A stretch of 64,000 bases of DNA. It comes from Macrostomum lignano. Lineage: Eukaryota. The stretch is taken from contig NIVC01000309.1 in the NCBI GenBank assembly GCA_002269645.1, positions 372,001-436,000 on the forward strand, given 5' to 3'. Position numbers and translations under genes: made by a program. Shown here piece by piece: positions 1-16,400 of this stretch (position 1 is its first letter; every line of letters begins with the position of its first letter). A model generated the notes under the pieces. It was given only the letters and a program-made list of their open reading frames with translations. It ran no database searches and had not been told where the DNA came from.

Positions 1-4
1 GTCT

Positions 5-80
5 CTTGGGTCAGTGGTGTGTCAGGTCTTGGGTCAGTGGTGTGTCAGGTCTTTCATCAGTGGTGTGTCAGTCAGTCAGT
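5..80. repeat. Short 23-bp tandem repeat (CTTGGGTCAGTGGTGTGTCAGGT), about 3 copies
   Basis: Direct inspection of bases 5-80. Confidence 0.8.
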
Positions 81-96
81 CAGTGCCTTATAAAAC

Positions 97-518
97 CTTG
101 CATTAGCAAGGCGATGTTTGAGTAGAATTCTCGAAAGCATTTTGCTTGAGAAGTCACAAAGGAGAAAGTTAACCAGGAAAAAACAATTTCTACTTATTCC
201 TTACAGTGGAAACTGTTTTCCCGAGTTCGCCCGGACTGGCCTGGCAATTTTCTTCGCCTACAGAAAATATACTTTCTTCCACAGCAGAGAAAAATTCGAT
301 ATTTGGCTTTATACGCCCCCGCGAAAAATACTTATGTTACTATTTATGTTACCCAATTTGGGCTGGTACAGCAGATATTTGAGCTCAAGCCTCTGTGCAA
401 TCCCACGAAAATCACTGCCTGAAAGTGTCCACCTTTGTATCTCTTTGAAAAGGTAATGGGTGCAAAATTCTTTGATCTGAATTTTAATTGTTGTTAAAGA
501 AAAGAAGCGATTAGCCAT
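97..518 (-). CDS. Possible 5' part of an unassigned spliced gene running off the window start
   Basis: ATG at 518 in an AAAATGGC context. GT/AG-bounded candidate exons at 418(or 518)-353, 257-205 and 144-97 are separated by short 95 and 60 bp introns, like the short introns of neighbouring genes. No recognisable domain, and the reading frame is ambiguous. Confidence 0.3.
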
Positions 519-570
519 TTTCCGCTCGAGTTTGTTGGAAGATTTCTGCTGTATAAGCCGAGTAGGGGAT

Positions 571-940
571 AGGGCGCCAGTCTGAGTGTCAGGGCGCCAG
601 TCTGAGTGTCAGGGCGCCAGTCTGAGTGTCAGGGCGCCAATCTGAGTGTTAGGGCGCCAATCTGAGTGTCAGGGCGCCAATCTGAGTGTCAGGGCGCCAA
701 TCTGAGTGTCAGGGCGCCAATGTGGCCTGAAAAGCGCCAATGTTGTTTGAGGGGCGCAAATGTAGAATAAGATGCGCAATGGGGCATGAGAAGCGCCAAT
801 GAGACGTGAGAGGCGCCAATGTAGCATGAGATGCGCAATGGGGCATGAGAAGCGCCAATGAGACGTGAGAGGCGCCAATGTAGCATGAGATGCGCAATGG
901 GGCATGAGAAGCGCCAATGAGACGTGAGAGGCGCCGCCAA
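571..940. repeat. Compound tandem array: 20-bp unit GGCGCCAATCTGAGTGTCAG (about 8 copies), then an approximately 58-bp unit (about 3 copies) sharing GCGCCAAT
   Basis: Units read directly; GGCGCCAA(T) recurs throughout. Confidence 0.9.
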
Positions 941-1039
941 ATAGAATATGTACCGGGCGCAACATCAAATGTCGCGGTGCCCATAATGTTGTCCGAGGCG
1001 GCAATCTGGAGCAAATCTCTTTTTAAAAAAGCAAAATTC

Positions 1040-1162
1040 TCCCAGCCAATCTGAGCCCATCGTCATTTAAAAGGCAGAAAGCAGAGTTGCAGTTTTACTT
1101 CCGGCAGCTGAGCTGTAAAATATCCATAAATACAGCAGCTGTCGCAGAGGGCTTTGCTTCAG
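1040..1162 (+). promoter_or_regulatory. Candidate proximal promoter / 5' end of the MTG-family gene
   Basis: AGCCAAT at 1044-1050, ETS-type ACTTCCGG at 1097-1104, and acceptor-like TTTGCTTCAG ending at 1162 just before ATG 1181. Motif-based inference only. Confidence 0.35.
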
Positions 1163-1180
1163 CAAAAGCAGACTTGAAGC

Positions 1181-6823
<5,643 letters not shown>

Positions 6824-7079
6824 GCTCCCGAGCCCGCAAAACTTCGGATTTATTCGCCCTAGCGGAAGATTCGATGCTTCTGCAAAAGCAAAGTCGATCA
6901 AGTTTTTTTGCCGTGTCGTTGCTTGTCCTTTTCAAGTGTTGCACTTTTCAGTTAACTGCTCCGCACCGTCAGAAACTCAAAAACGAGTATGTTGTACAAA
7001 GGCTTCACTAAGAAAGGAAAAATTAAAAGTACAACAGTCTCAGCCAAGTTGCGACCAACCCCACTCCACTACCCACTTC

Positions 7080-7760
7080 GACACTACCCACCACCTCCCT
7101 CCCCAACACCTCAAACCCAACCGCCTCACTCCCACCACCTGACTCCCATTCCAACCACCTCACTGCCCACCACCTTATTTCCCCACCACCTCACTCTCAC
7201 CACCTCACTCCCACCACCCCACTCCCGCCACCTCACTCCCACCATCTCACTCCCACCACCTTACTCCCACCACCTCACTCCCACCACCTCACTCCCACCA
7301 CCTCACTCCCACCACCTCACTTCCACCACCTCACTCCCACCACCTCACTCCCACCATCTCACTCCCACCACCTCACTCCCACCCACTCACCCCCACCACC
7401 TCACTCCCACCACCTCACTCCCACCACCTCACTCCCACCCACTCACTCCCCAACCACCTCACTCCCGTACGCACTCACCCACACCACCTCACTCCCGAAC
7501 CCCCTCACTCCCACCACCTCACTCCCACCACCTCACTCCCACCACCTCACCCCCACCACCTCACTCCCACCACCTTACTCCCACTACCTCACCCCCACCA
7601 CCTCACTCCCACCACCTCACTTCCACCACCTCACTCCCAAACCACCTCACTTCCACCACCTCACTTTCACCACCTCACTCCCCTACCCACTCACCCCCCA
7701 TCACCTCATTCCCAACCAACTCACTCCCCTACCTACTCACTCCCCACCACCTCACCCCAA
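7080..7760. repeat. C-rich approximately 14-bp tandem repeat CCACCACCTCACTC between the convergent MTG and OST-alpha 3' ends
   Basis: Direct inspection. Confidence 0.9.
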
Positions 7761-8283
7761 AGGCACCTCAGTTTTCTACAATTCACAAACAAATTTTCAA
7801 GAATAGACTGACCAAACCCCATACTTTTCAGTTAGACAGTCTTGTACGATTTAATCTTCAGAAAATTTATTATTCTTACACTAAAAATAGACAGGTGCAA
7901 CAACTTTACTGCCTAGCGCAGTCGCGTCATTAACTAGTACACTGTGTCCTACTCTAAGCAGCATACGAAGGTCTCTATTTTTTATTGGTTTAATTAAATT
8001 TAACCTTCAAAAGTGCATCGCATTGGTGCAGCAATCTAATGAAAAAGGCGAAACTTTTGCGCGTCAAAATAAAATACGCTTCAATGCTACTTTAAGTACC
8101 AGTAGTAAGAGCATTGGGTAAGAAATTAACAATTAAATAAAAAATGACGTTTTATTGCACGATAAAATAAGATAAGACGACAGAAATAATAAGTTTGAGC
8201 GTCATAAACTATTTAGATGGATAAAAAAGATAGAATCAAACCATCTCCATACATTAGCAGTCTGCAGTGAGTTTCCCACTAAG

Positions 8284-11200
8284 CTAAATCACTGCCCGAA
8301 CAGCACAGAGGCCTGCGAGCCCGCTCGCGGGAATGAGCCAGATTCGCCGATCAACGCATACTCTGACATCGGTCGGTCGTCCCGGCTGTACACTCGACGC
8401 GCCAGTAGAAACAGACAGGCCATTTCGGGGGCCAAGCAGGCAGCATTGATCCCTGAGCAGGGTTTGGGGTTTGAGTTTGACCAATTTACTTAGCACCAAC
8501 GCCATCAGAACTGACTCACCTATCCCATTCCTCACCCACCCCACTCCTCACCCACCCCACTCCTCACCCACCCCACTCTTCACCCACCCCATTCCTCACC
8601 CACCCTATTCCTCATCTACCCCCTTCCTCACCCAACCCATTCTTCACCCACCCCACTCCTCCCCCAACCCATTCCTCACTCACCCCATTCCTCAACCACC
8701 CCATTCCTCACCCACCCCATTTCTCAACCACCCCATTCCTCATCCACCCCATTCCTCATCCACCCCATTCCTCATCCACATCATTCCTCACCCACCCCAT
8801 TCCTCATCCACATCACTCCTCACCCACCCCATTTCTCACCCACCCTATTCCTCATCTACCCCATTCCTCACCCAACCCATTCTTCACCCACCCCACTCCT
8901 CACCCACCCCATTCCTCACCCACCCCACTCCTCACCCAACCCATTCTTCACCCACCCCATTCCTCACCCATAACAGACTACTCACAGGCAGCTTTAGACG
9001 CGCTAGACCACAGCTGATCACAGTTAATAACACTAAAAGCGCCAAGAATATTAAACACCAGAATCTGGATGTGGCCAAACAGAATGGCCAGCTTCATCAG
9101 GCCGAACTTGGCGGTGATGCTCTGACCCGACAGCGGGCCGCGGGACACTCGAAAGATGAGGATCAGGCCGTAGAAGGCCAGAGAAGTTGAAATGGTTCTG
9201 ACTAAAACAAACACCGATTCCATCTCTTTGGTGGCCACGGCCAACGACTGTAGGTTATAAATCATAGTTTTAAAAGTTAGTTTTCGATACATATCGGACA
9301 AGTTACCCAGCTGACTATTTCGGCAGACTTTTTCAATTTTAGTATCACTTTATTAAGAAGCGTTTTAGGGGCACAAGGGCAATAATAATTTAAATAATAA
9401 TAATAATAATTGTTAACACCTTCCCTAGTAGGCAGATGTACAACCGTAAGCTGTTGTGCGTACGGCTGTTCAGTGCAAGGACTGGGGGGTCGCCACACCC
9501 TCAATTACCCCAGCTAATGCTGGCACCCATTTTACAGCTGGGTGAACTGCAGCAATGCAGAGTTAAGTGTCTTGCTCAAGGACACAAACTTCCAGTGGTA
9601 ATCGGGAATCGAACCCCTGACCTTCGAGTCGTGAATCCGACGCTCTAACCACTAGGCTATATTCCCTATCAAGGCAAGCAATTCCAAAGAATTTTTAACC
9701 GTCCAGGGACCAAGGATTCAAACCCATATTCAAGATGCTTAAAATGCTGTAGCGCTTTAACCATTACGTAACAGTCGCTAGATAAACTAATGCATTCTGG
9801 ACTATAATAAAGGCACAATTCAACACTCACAGCCGAATCGATAGCCACAACTGTGATGATGAAGCTGACCAGCGGTGGAGCAATCACAAACTGCAGCAGC
9901 AGCAGATAGATTTTAATAATATTGGATCTGAAAAAAATACCAGAGTATTCGCAATCAAGCTACTAACAGTATGTTAAAAGCGAATGCTGTACCTGCTAGG
10001 CGCAACGTTTGGCAGGCATGGGCAGCAGCAGCAGGCCGGCGGACTCTGCAATGGGAATTTTATCCCATTGGTCTGCAGGTATTCCAGCATCTGCTTGCGG
10101 CCGCCAAAGTAGAACTGGGTGATGTGCATGAACTTCAGGCAGCAGATGGAAAAGTAACTGCGGGACAGTGGAATTCTTGAATTCTGCGGGACAGTGGGGG
10201 TCTTGAAAATCAGGATTTTCCCGCAGGATTGCTGCGAAAACACTCACATTGTGTTGACAAAGTCGACCAGGATTGCAGCTCGCGGCACGCACAGATTGAT
10301 GACTGACGTGACACAGAAGAACTGCAAGATTTTTGTTGCGGCAATCAGTTGATTACTGATCAATTAGGAAATAAAAAAATATCTACTCATCCCTCAGATG
10401 CTCATCCACTCATCCCTCAGATGCTCATCTACTCATCCCTCAGATGCTCATCTACTCTTTCCTTAGATGCTCATCTACTCTTCCCTTAGATGCTCATCTA
10501 CTCATCCCTCAGATGCTCATCTACTCATCCCTCAGATGCTCATCTACTCATCCCTCAGATGCTCATCCACTCATCCCTCAGATGCTCATCTACTCATCCC
10601 TCAGATGCTCATCCACTCATCCCTCAGATGCTCATCTACTCATCCCTCAGATGCTCATCTACGCATCCCTCAGATGCTCATCCACTCATCCCTCAGATGC
10701 TCATCTACTCATCCCTCAGATGCTCATCTACTCTTTCCTTAGATGCTCATCTACTCTTCCCTTAGATGCTCATCTACTCATCCCTCAGATGCTCATCTAC
10801 TCATCCCTCAGATGCTCATCTACTCATCCCTCAGATGCTCATCCACTCATCCCTCAGATGCTCATCTACTCATCCCTCAGATGCTCATCTACTCATCCCT
10901 CAGATGCTCATCCACTCATCCCTCAGATGCTCATCCACTCATCCCTCAGATGCTCATCTACTCATCCCTCAGATGCTCATCTACTCATCCCTCAGATGCT
11001 CATCTACTCATCCCTCAGATGCTCATCTACTCATCCCTCAGATGCTCATCTACTCATCCCTCAGATGCTCATCTACTCATCCCTCAGATGCTCATCCACT
11101 CATCCCTCAGATGCTCATCTACTCATCCCTCAGATGCTCATCCACTCATCCCTCAGATGCTCATCTACTCATCCCTCAGATGCTCATCTACTCTTTCCTT

Positions 11201-11819
11201 AGATGCTCATCTACTCTTCCCTTAGATGCTCATCTACTCATCCCTCAGATGCTCATCTACTCATCCCTCAGATGCTCATCTACTCATCCCTCAGATGCTC
11301 ATCCACTCATCCCTCAGATGCTCATCTACTCATCCCTCAGATGCTCATCCACTCATCCCTCAGATGCTCATCTACTCATCCCTCAGCTGCTCATCTACTT
11401 AATCCTCACTCACCGGATAGATGCCCAGCAGCCAGAAGACCCTGATGGCCTGCTGCCGGTCCCGATAATTAGCCAGCAGCTGCATCACGTCGAACAGGTT
11501 CTCATGGGATTTGGAATGATGCTGGGACTTAAATGGTTCTAGTAGGAGTGGCCTGTCACTCTCTCACTGATTCATGGAGTGGCCTGTCACTCTCTCACTG
11601 ATTCATGGAGTGGCCTGTCACTCTCTCACTCATTCATGGAGTGGCCTGTCACTCTCTCACTCATTCATGGAGTGGCCTGTCACTTAACTCATCGACTGTA
11701 ATAGTAATTAAAGAAGAAATATCAGAATAAAAGGAGAATAAAAACGGCTTACCTTGAAACACCTCAGACGAACTGGGGCCAGAGAAGCTGCAGTTGCTAT
11801 TTGTGGGCTCTAAGGACAT
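8284..11819 (-). CDS. SLC51A: Organic solute transporter alpha-like (SLC51A/TMEM184 family) multi-pass membrane protein
   Basis: Exons 11819-11753, 11538-11414, 10321-10248, 10157-9993, 9927-9831, 9247-8986 and 8519-8284, phase-consistent. Family-like motifs: RVFWLLGIYP|FFCVTSVINLCVPRAAILVDF, FYFGGRKQM, PPACCCCPCLP (the Cys cluster of OST-alpha) and SITAKFGLMKLAILFGHIQILVFNIL. The expected first TM helix is not found and the last acceptor is weak. Confidence 0.8.
8522..8970. repeat. Intronic 16-bp minisatellite CACCCACCCCATTCCT
   Basis: Direct inspection; fills the last OST-alpha intron up to the acceptor. Confidence 0.9.
9390..9668 (-). mobile_element. tRNA-derived SINE with a conserved CORE/Meta-like central domain and (ATT)n tail
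   Basis: Minus strand reads TAGCCTAGTGGTTAG (A box), GGGGTTCGATTCCC (B box), TGTGTCCTTGAGCAAGACACTTAAC...CACCCAGCTGTAAAATGGG, then (ATT)n. It sits in OST-alpha intron 5. Confidence 0.85.
10380..11400. repeat. Intronic 23-bp minisatellite CATCTACTCATCCCTCAGATGCT, about 44 copies
   Basis: Direct inspection; variant units CTTTCCTTAG recur at 10457, 10733 and 11193. Confidence 0.95.
11545..11684. repeat. 31-bp tandem repeat GAGTGGCCTGTCACTCTCTCACTGATTCATG, about 4.5 copies
   Basis: Direct inspection; OST-alpha intron 1. Confidence 0.9.
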
Positions 11820-12309
11820 TATTTTAGCACTCTAAACAGATTTATGTATTCCAATTTTGCTTTATTGTTGTTAAAATAAAATAATTGTTAGCAAAACACA
11901 GACCAGAAGGCACTTAGTGTATGCCACTATTACACTGGCAATGGGTAATTTCTAACTTGGGTGAGAAGAGATAACGGATTCTCTTTCCTCGGTCTTTCAC
12001 TCGCCGATTCACTGCAGGTGTTTTATCATGGTACCCATTGTACAAGTTTGTACACCATGATCGTATCGCTGTGCGGCTGGTCAAATCTTCGATGTACAAA
12101 TTTCAGAAACTCGCAAGAAACTTGGACTGTACCTTAACCTTAGCACGATATGCACAGAATAATGACTTAAGGCTTCAGTGTGTTTAAATTTATGATAGCG
12201 TAGAAGTTTCCAGTGTAATTAAAGACATGAAGTTACTGACTGCCATGTCTATGGCCAAAGCAATAAGTTTTGCTTGAAAGCATTGAACGAAAATTATTTG
12301 TAGTATTTA

Positions 12310-13133
12310 ATGAAGCTAATGGGCTACTGCTGATGATCTGTGAAGCTAATGGGCTACTGCTGATGATCTGTGAAGCTAATGGGCTACTGCTGATGATCTG
12401 TGAAGCTAATGGGCTACTGCTGATGATCTGTGAAGCTAATGGGCTACTGCTGATGATCTGTGGAGCTAATGGGCTACTGCTGATGATCTGTGAAGCTAAT
12501 GGGCTACTGCTGATGATCTGTGAAGCTAATGGGCTACTGCTGATGATCTGTGAAGCTAATGGGCTACTGCTGATGATCTGTGAAGCTAATGGGCTATTGC
12601 TGATGATCTGTGGGGCTAATGGGCTACTGCTGATGATCTGTGGAGCTAATGGGCTACTGCTGATGAGCTTTGAAGCTAATGGGCTACTGCTGATGATCTT
12701 TGAAGCTAATGGGCTACTGCTGATGATCTGTGGGGCTAATGGGCTACTGCTGATGATCTGTGGAGCTAATGGGCTACTGCTGATCTGTGAAGCTAATGGG
12801 CTACTGCTGATGATCTGTGGAGCTAATGGGCTACTGCTGATGAGCTCTGAAGCTAATGGGCTACTGCTGATGAGCTCTGAAGCTAATGGGCTACTGCTGA
12901 TGATCTTTGAAGCTAATGGGCTACTGCTGATGATCTGTGGGGCTAATGGGCTACTGCTGATGATCTGTGGAGCTAATGGGCTACTGCTGATGATCTGTGA
13001 AGCTAATGGGCTACTGCTGATGATCTGTGAAGCTAATGGGCTACTGCTGATGATCTGTGAAGCTAATGGGCTACTGCTGATGATCTGTGAAGCTAATGGG
13101 CTACTGCTGATGATCCGTGAAGCTAATGGGCTG
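12310..13133. repeat. 30-bp minisatellite TGAAGCTAATGGGCTACTGCTGATGATCTG, about 27 copies
   Basis: Direct inspection. It lies between the RAD51C stop and the OST-alpha start and produces ORF 12270-13169. Confidence 0.95.
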
Positions 13134-13410
13134 TATAAAAATATTGTGCTTGCTGCAAATTTTGACTAAAATAACCAACTCTGATTCTAGACAAATGTTT
13201 TTGCGATAAAGGCAATAAATTTTAACGAGGCTTCAAGAGTGAACTAACATTGCGTTTTTATTGCATTTTTGTTTAAATTGAAAAGCGCAGAACGAAAAAA
13301 CAGAAAAACAAAAAAAAGAAAAATGCTGAAAACGTTCAAATTTCTTCAATTGAAGAAATATGTGAAAAGCTGCTTTTAAAAAGTTGTAGTAATTTGCAGC
13401 TCCTTCACTC

Positions 13411-16400
13411 TCAGCTGACGTCGTCTTGGAAAGCGTCACGAACGCCAACAGCGCAAACCTGGAAATGGAAACAGTTTAAGTTGGTATTAATCAGCCGGGG
13501 GTCCTATAGGTTCGAGTTTTCAAAAGTTCTATCCACCACCCAATTATTCTTTAGTGGGCTGCCGCCCATCCGAAAGCAGAAGACACCCCCACCTCCTCCA
13601 AAAGCAAAAGACACCCAGCCCCCTCCAAAAGCAGAAGACACTTAGCACCCTCCAAAAGCAGAAGACACCTAGCCCACTCTAATAGCAGAAGACACCTGCC
13701 CCTCCAAAAGCAGAAGACACCCAGCCCACTCAATAGCAGAAGACACCTGCCTCCCTCCAAAAGCAGAAGACACCCAGCCCACTCTAATAGCAGAAGACAC
13801 CTGCCCCTCCAAAAGCAATAGACACCCAGCCCACCCTAATAGCAGAAGACACCTGCCTCCCTCCAAAAGCAGAAGACACCCAGCCCACTCTAATAGCAGA
13901 AGACACCTGCCTCCCTTCAAAAGCAGAAGACACCCAGCCCACTCTAATAGCAGAAGACACCTGCCTCCCTTCAAAAGCAGAAGACACCCAGCCCACTCTA
14001 ATAGCAGAAGACACCTGCCTCCCTTCAAAAGCAGAAGACACCCAGCCCACTCTAATAGCAGAAGACACCTGCCCCCCCGTCCAAAAGCAGAAGACACCCG
14101 CCTGGAACACGGCGCTGCTGCCAGCCCGCACGGCCGGATGCTTCAAGACGCGCATCCTTCGCCGCTGATCCTCGCAACCGCCGCCGCCCCCGCCCCCTTC
14201 GAGTCGCTCGATCACCAGCCGAATGTTGCACACGTGGCACCAGCTGGGCCCCAGCGCTGGCTCCACCCGCGAGTCAGCAGCATCCGTCAGTCCGAACCGG
14301 GTGGTCATCTGGTTGGTGCACAGCACGGCCAGCCGGCAGCTGACGGCCAGGCGGGTGAGCAGGGCGGCGAGCTCGGCGAGCTGGCGGTTCCTCTGTCCCG
14401 CATTGTCGAACTCGTAGCGAAACGGCGAGGCGATGGAGTCCAGCACGATTAGCCGGACGTGCGGGTGACCGACTAAAAACCTCTCCAGCGATTCGTGGGC
14501 GAACGCGCACAGCTGCACGTGAGACAGACAGCGAAAGTAGTATATGTTGGACATGACCTGCTCCACTGTGAGGCTGCTGACTTCGTTTAGCGCTTTCAGG
14601 TGCTCCTGCAGTTTTGGGATTTCGGAGAATGAGAAAATGGGAAGAGAATAGTGAGGAAGAAAAAAGATGTTTGAAAGAGAATTGGGAAGGGAGGAAGGGA
14701 GTAGGGAATAAGTGAAAGGGGAAGAGAGTGAATGGGGAAGAGAATGAATAGGGAAGAGAGTGAATGGGGAAGAGAATGAATAGGGAAGAGAGTGAATAGG
14801 GAAAAGAGTGAATGGGGAAGAGAGTGAATGGGGAAAAGAGTGAATGGGGAAGAGAGTGAATAGGGAAAAGAGTGAATGGGGAAGAGAGTGAATGGGGAAA
14901 AGAGTGAATGGGGAAGAGAGTGAATAGGGAAGAGAGTGAATGGGGAAGAGAGTGAATGGGGAAGAGAGTGAATGGGGAAGAGAGTGAATGGGGAAGAGAG
15001 TGAATGGGGAAAAAGTGAATGGGGAAGAGAGTGAATGGGGAAGAGAGTGAATGGGGAAGAGAGTGAATGGGGAAAAAGTGAATGGGGAAGAGAGTGAATG
15101 GGGAAGAGAGTGAAAGGGGAAAAAGTGAATGGGGAAGAGAGTGAATAGGGAAGAGAGTGAAAGGGGAAAAAGTGAATGGGGAAGAGAGTGAAAGGGGAAA
15201 AAGTGAATAGGGAAGAGAGTGAATGGGGAAGAGAGTGAATGGGGAAGAGAGTGAATAGGGAAGAGAGTGAATGGGGAAGAGAGTGAATGGGGAAGAGAGT
15301 GAAAGGGGAAAAAGTGAATGGGGAAGAGAGTGAAAGGGGAAAAAGTGAATGGGGAAGAGAGTGAATGGGGAAGAGAGTGAATGGGGAAGAGAATGAAAGG
15401 GGAAAAAGTGAATGGGGAAGAGAATGAAAGGGGAAAAAGTGAATGGGGAAGAGAATGAAAGGGGAAAAAGTGAATGGGGAAGAGAATGAAAGGGGAAAAA
15501 GTGAATGGGGAAGAGAATGAAAGGGGAAAAAGTGAATGGGGAAGAGAATGAAAGGGGAAAAAGTGAATGGGGAAGAGAATGAAAGGGGAAAAAGTGAATG
15601 GGGAAGAGAATGAAAGGGGAAAAAGTGAATGGGGAAGAGAGTGAATAGGGAAGAGAGTGAATGGGGAAGAGAGTGAATGGGGAAGAGAATGAAAGGGGAA
15701 AAAGTGAATGGGGAAGAGAGTGAATGGGGAAGAGAGTGAAAGGGGAAGAGAGTAATTAGGGAAGAGAGTGAATGAGGAAGAGAGTGAAAGGGGAAAAGAG
15801 TGAATGGGGAAGAGAGTGAAAGGGGAAAAAGTGAATGGGGAAGAGAGTGAATGGGGAAGAGAGTGAAAGGGGAAGAGAGTGAAGAACGAAGAATAGAGGA
15901 AGATTGGGAAGACAGCCAAGTGGGGAAGACGAGGAAGGTGGAAAGAACGAAAACGGGATTGACAAAACCGGGAATTTTTGAAAAAAAGCCGCACATCACT
16001 GCCTCTCCCCCGAACCTTCGTCAGCGGCCCGTCGCCGCCGGCTCCGCCACCTTCTACCCCGTTGCCGTCGTCGTCGTCGCCGGGTGGGAGACGCCGCTGC
16101 CGCATTCGGTCGGCCAGACGGCGGCAGTGCAGCAGCAGGCCGGAGGCGATCTGCGCCTGCCGCCTGGGCGAGAAGCTGCCCTCGGTGTCCAGATAGACGG
16201 CGCCGCCTTGGAGGCCGCCCAGCGCGGCAGGCAGCTGCACGGAGGCGCACAGCTGCATGCACAGCTGGGTCTTGCCCGAGCCGGCGCTGCCAGCCAGTTC
16301 TGTGAGCTGGCAGAGCGACAGGCCGCCCTGCAGGAGCCGGTCCACGCTGGCCGACATGCTGGGCACCGCGCGGCTGAGAATGGCATATTTATGTGCTCAT

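Noticed and set aside
309-518. Death-domain-like reading of DFRGIAQRL
   Set aside because: The similarity is only a few residues and there is no further helix pattern.
9600-9668. tRNA gene
   Set aside because: It has A and B boxes but continues into a SINE body and tail; no complete cloverleaf is evident.
12270-13169. 299-aa ORF (EANGLLLMIC)n as a real protein
   Set aside because: A 30-bp stop-free unit is open by construction. Variants between copies are mostly non-synonymous, and the one 3-nt deletion is simple TGA slippage. There is no splice or domain support.
13784-16366. 860-aa RAD51C ORF with a long Phe/Pro/Ser insert
   Set aside because: The ORF reads through intron 2 and into intron 3 because the arrays lack stops in that frame. 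Good GT-AG sites at 16015 and 14606 remove the insert.
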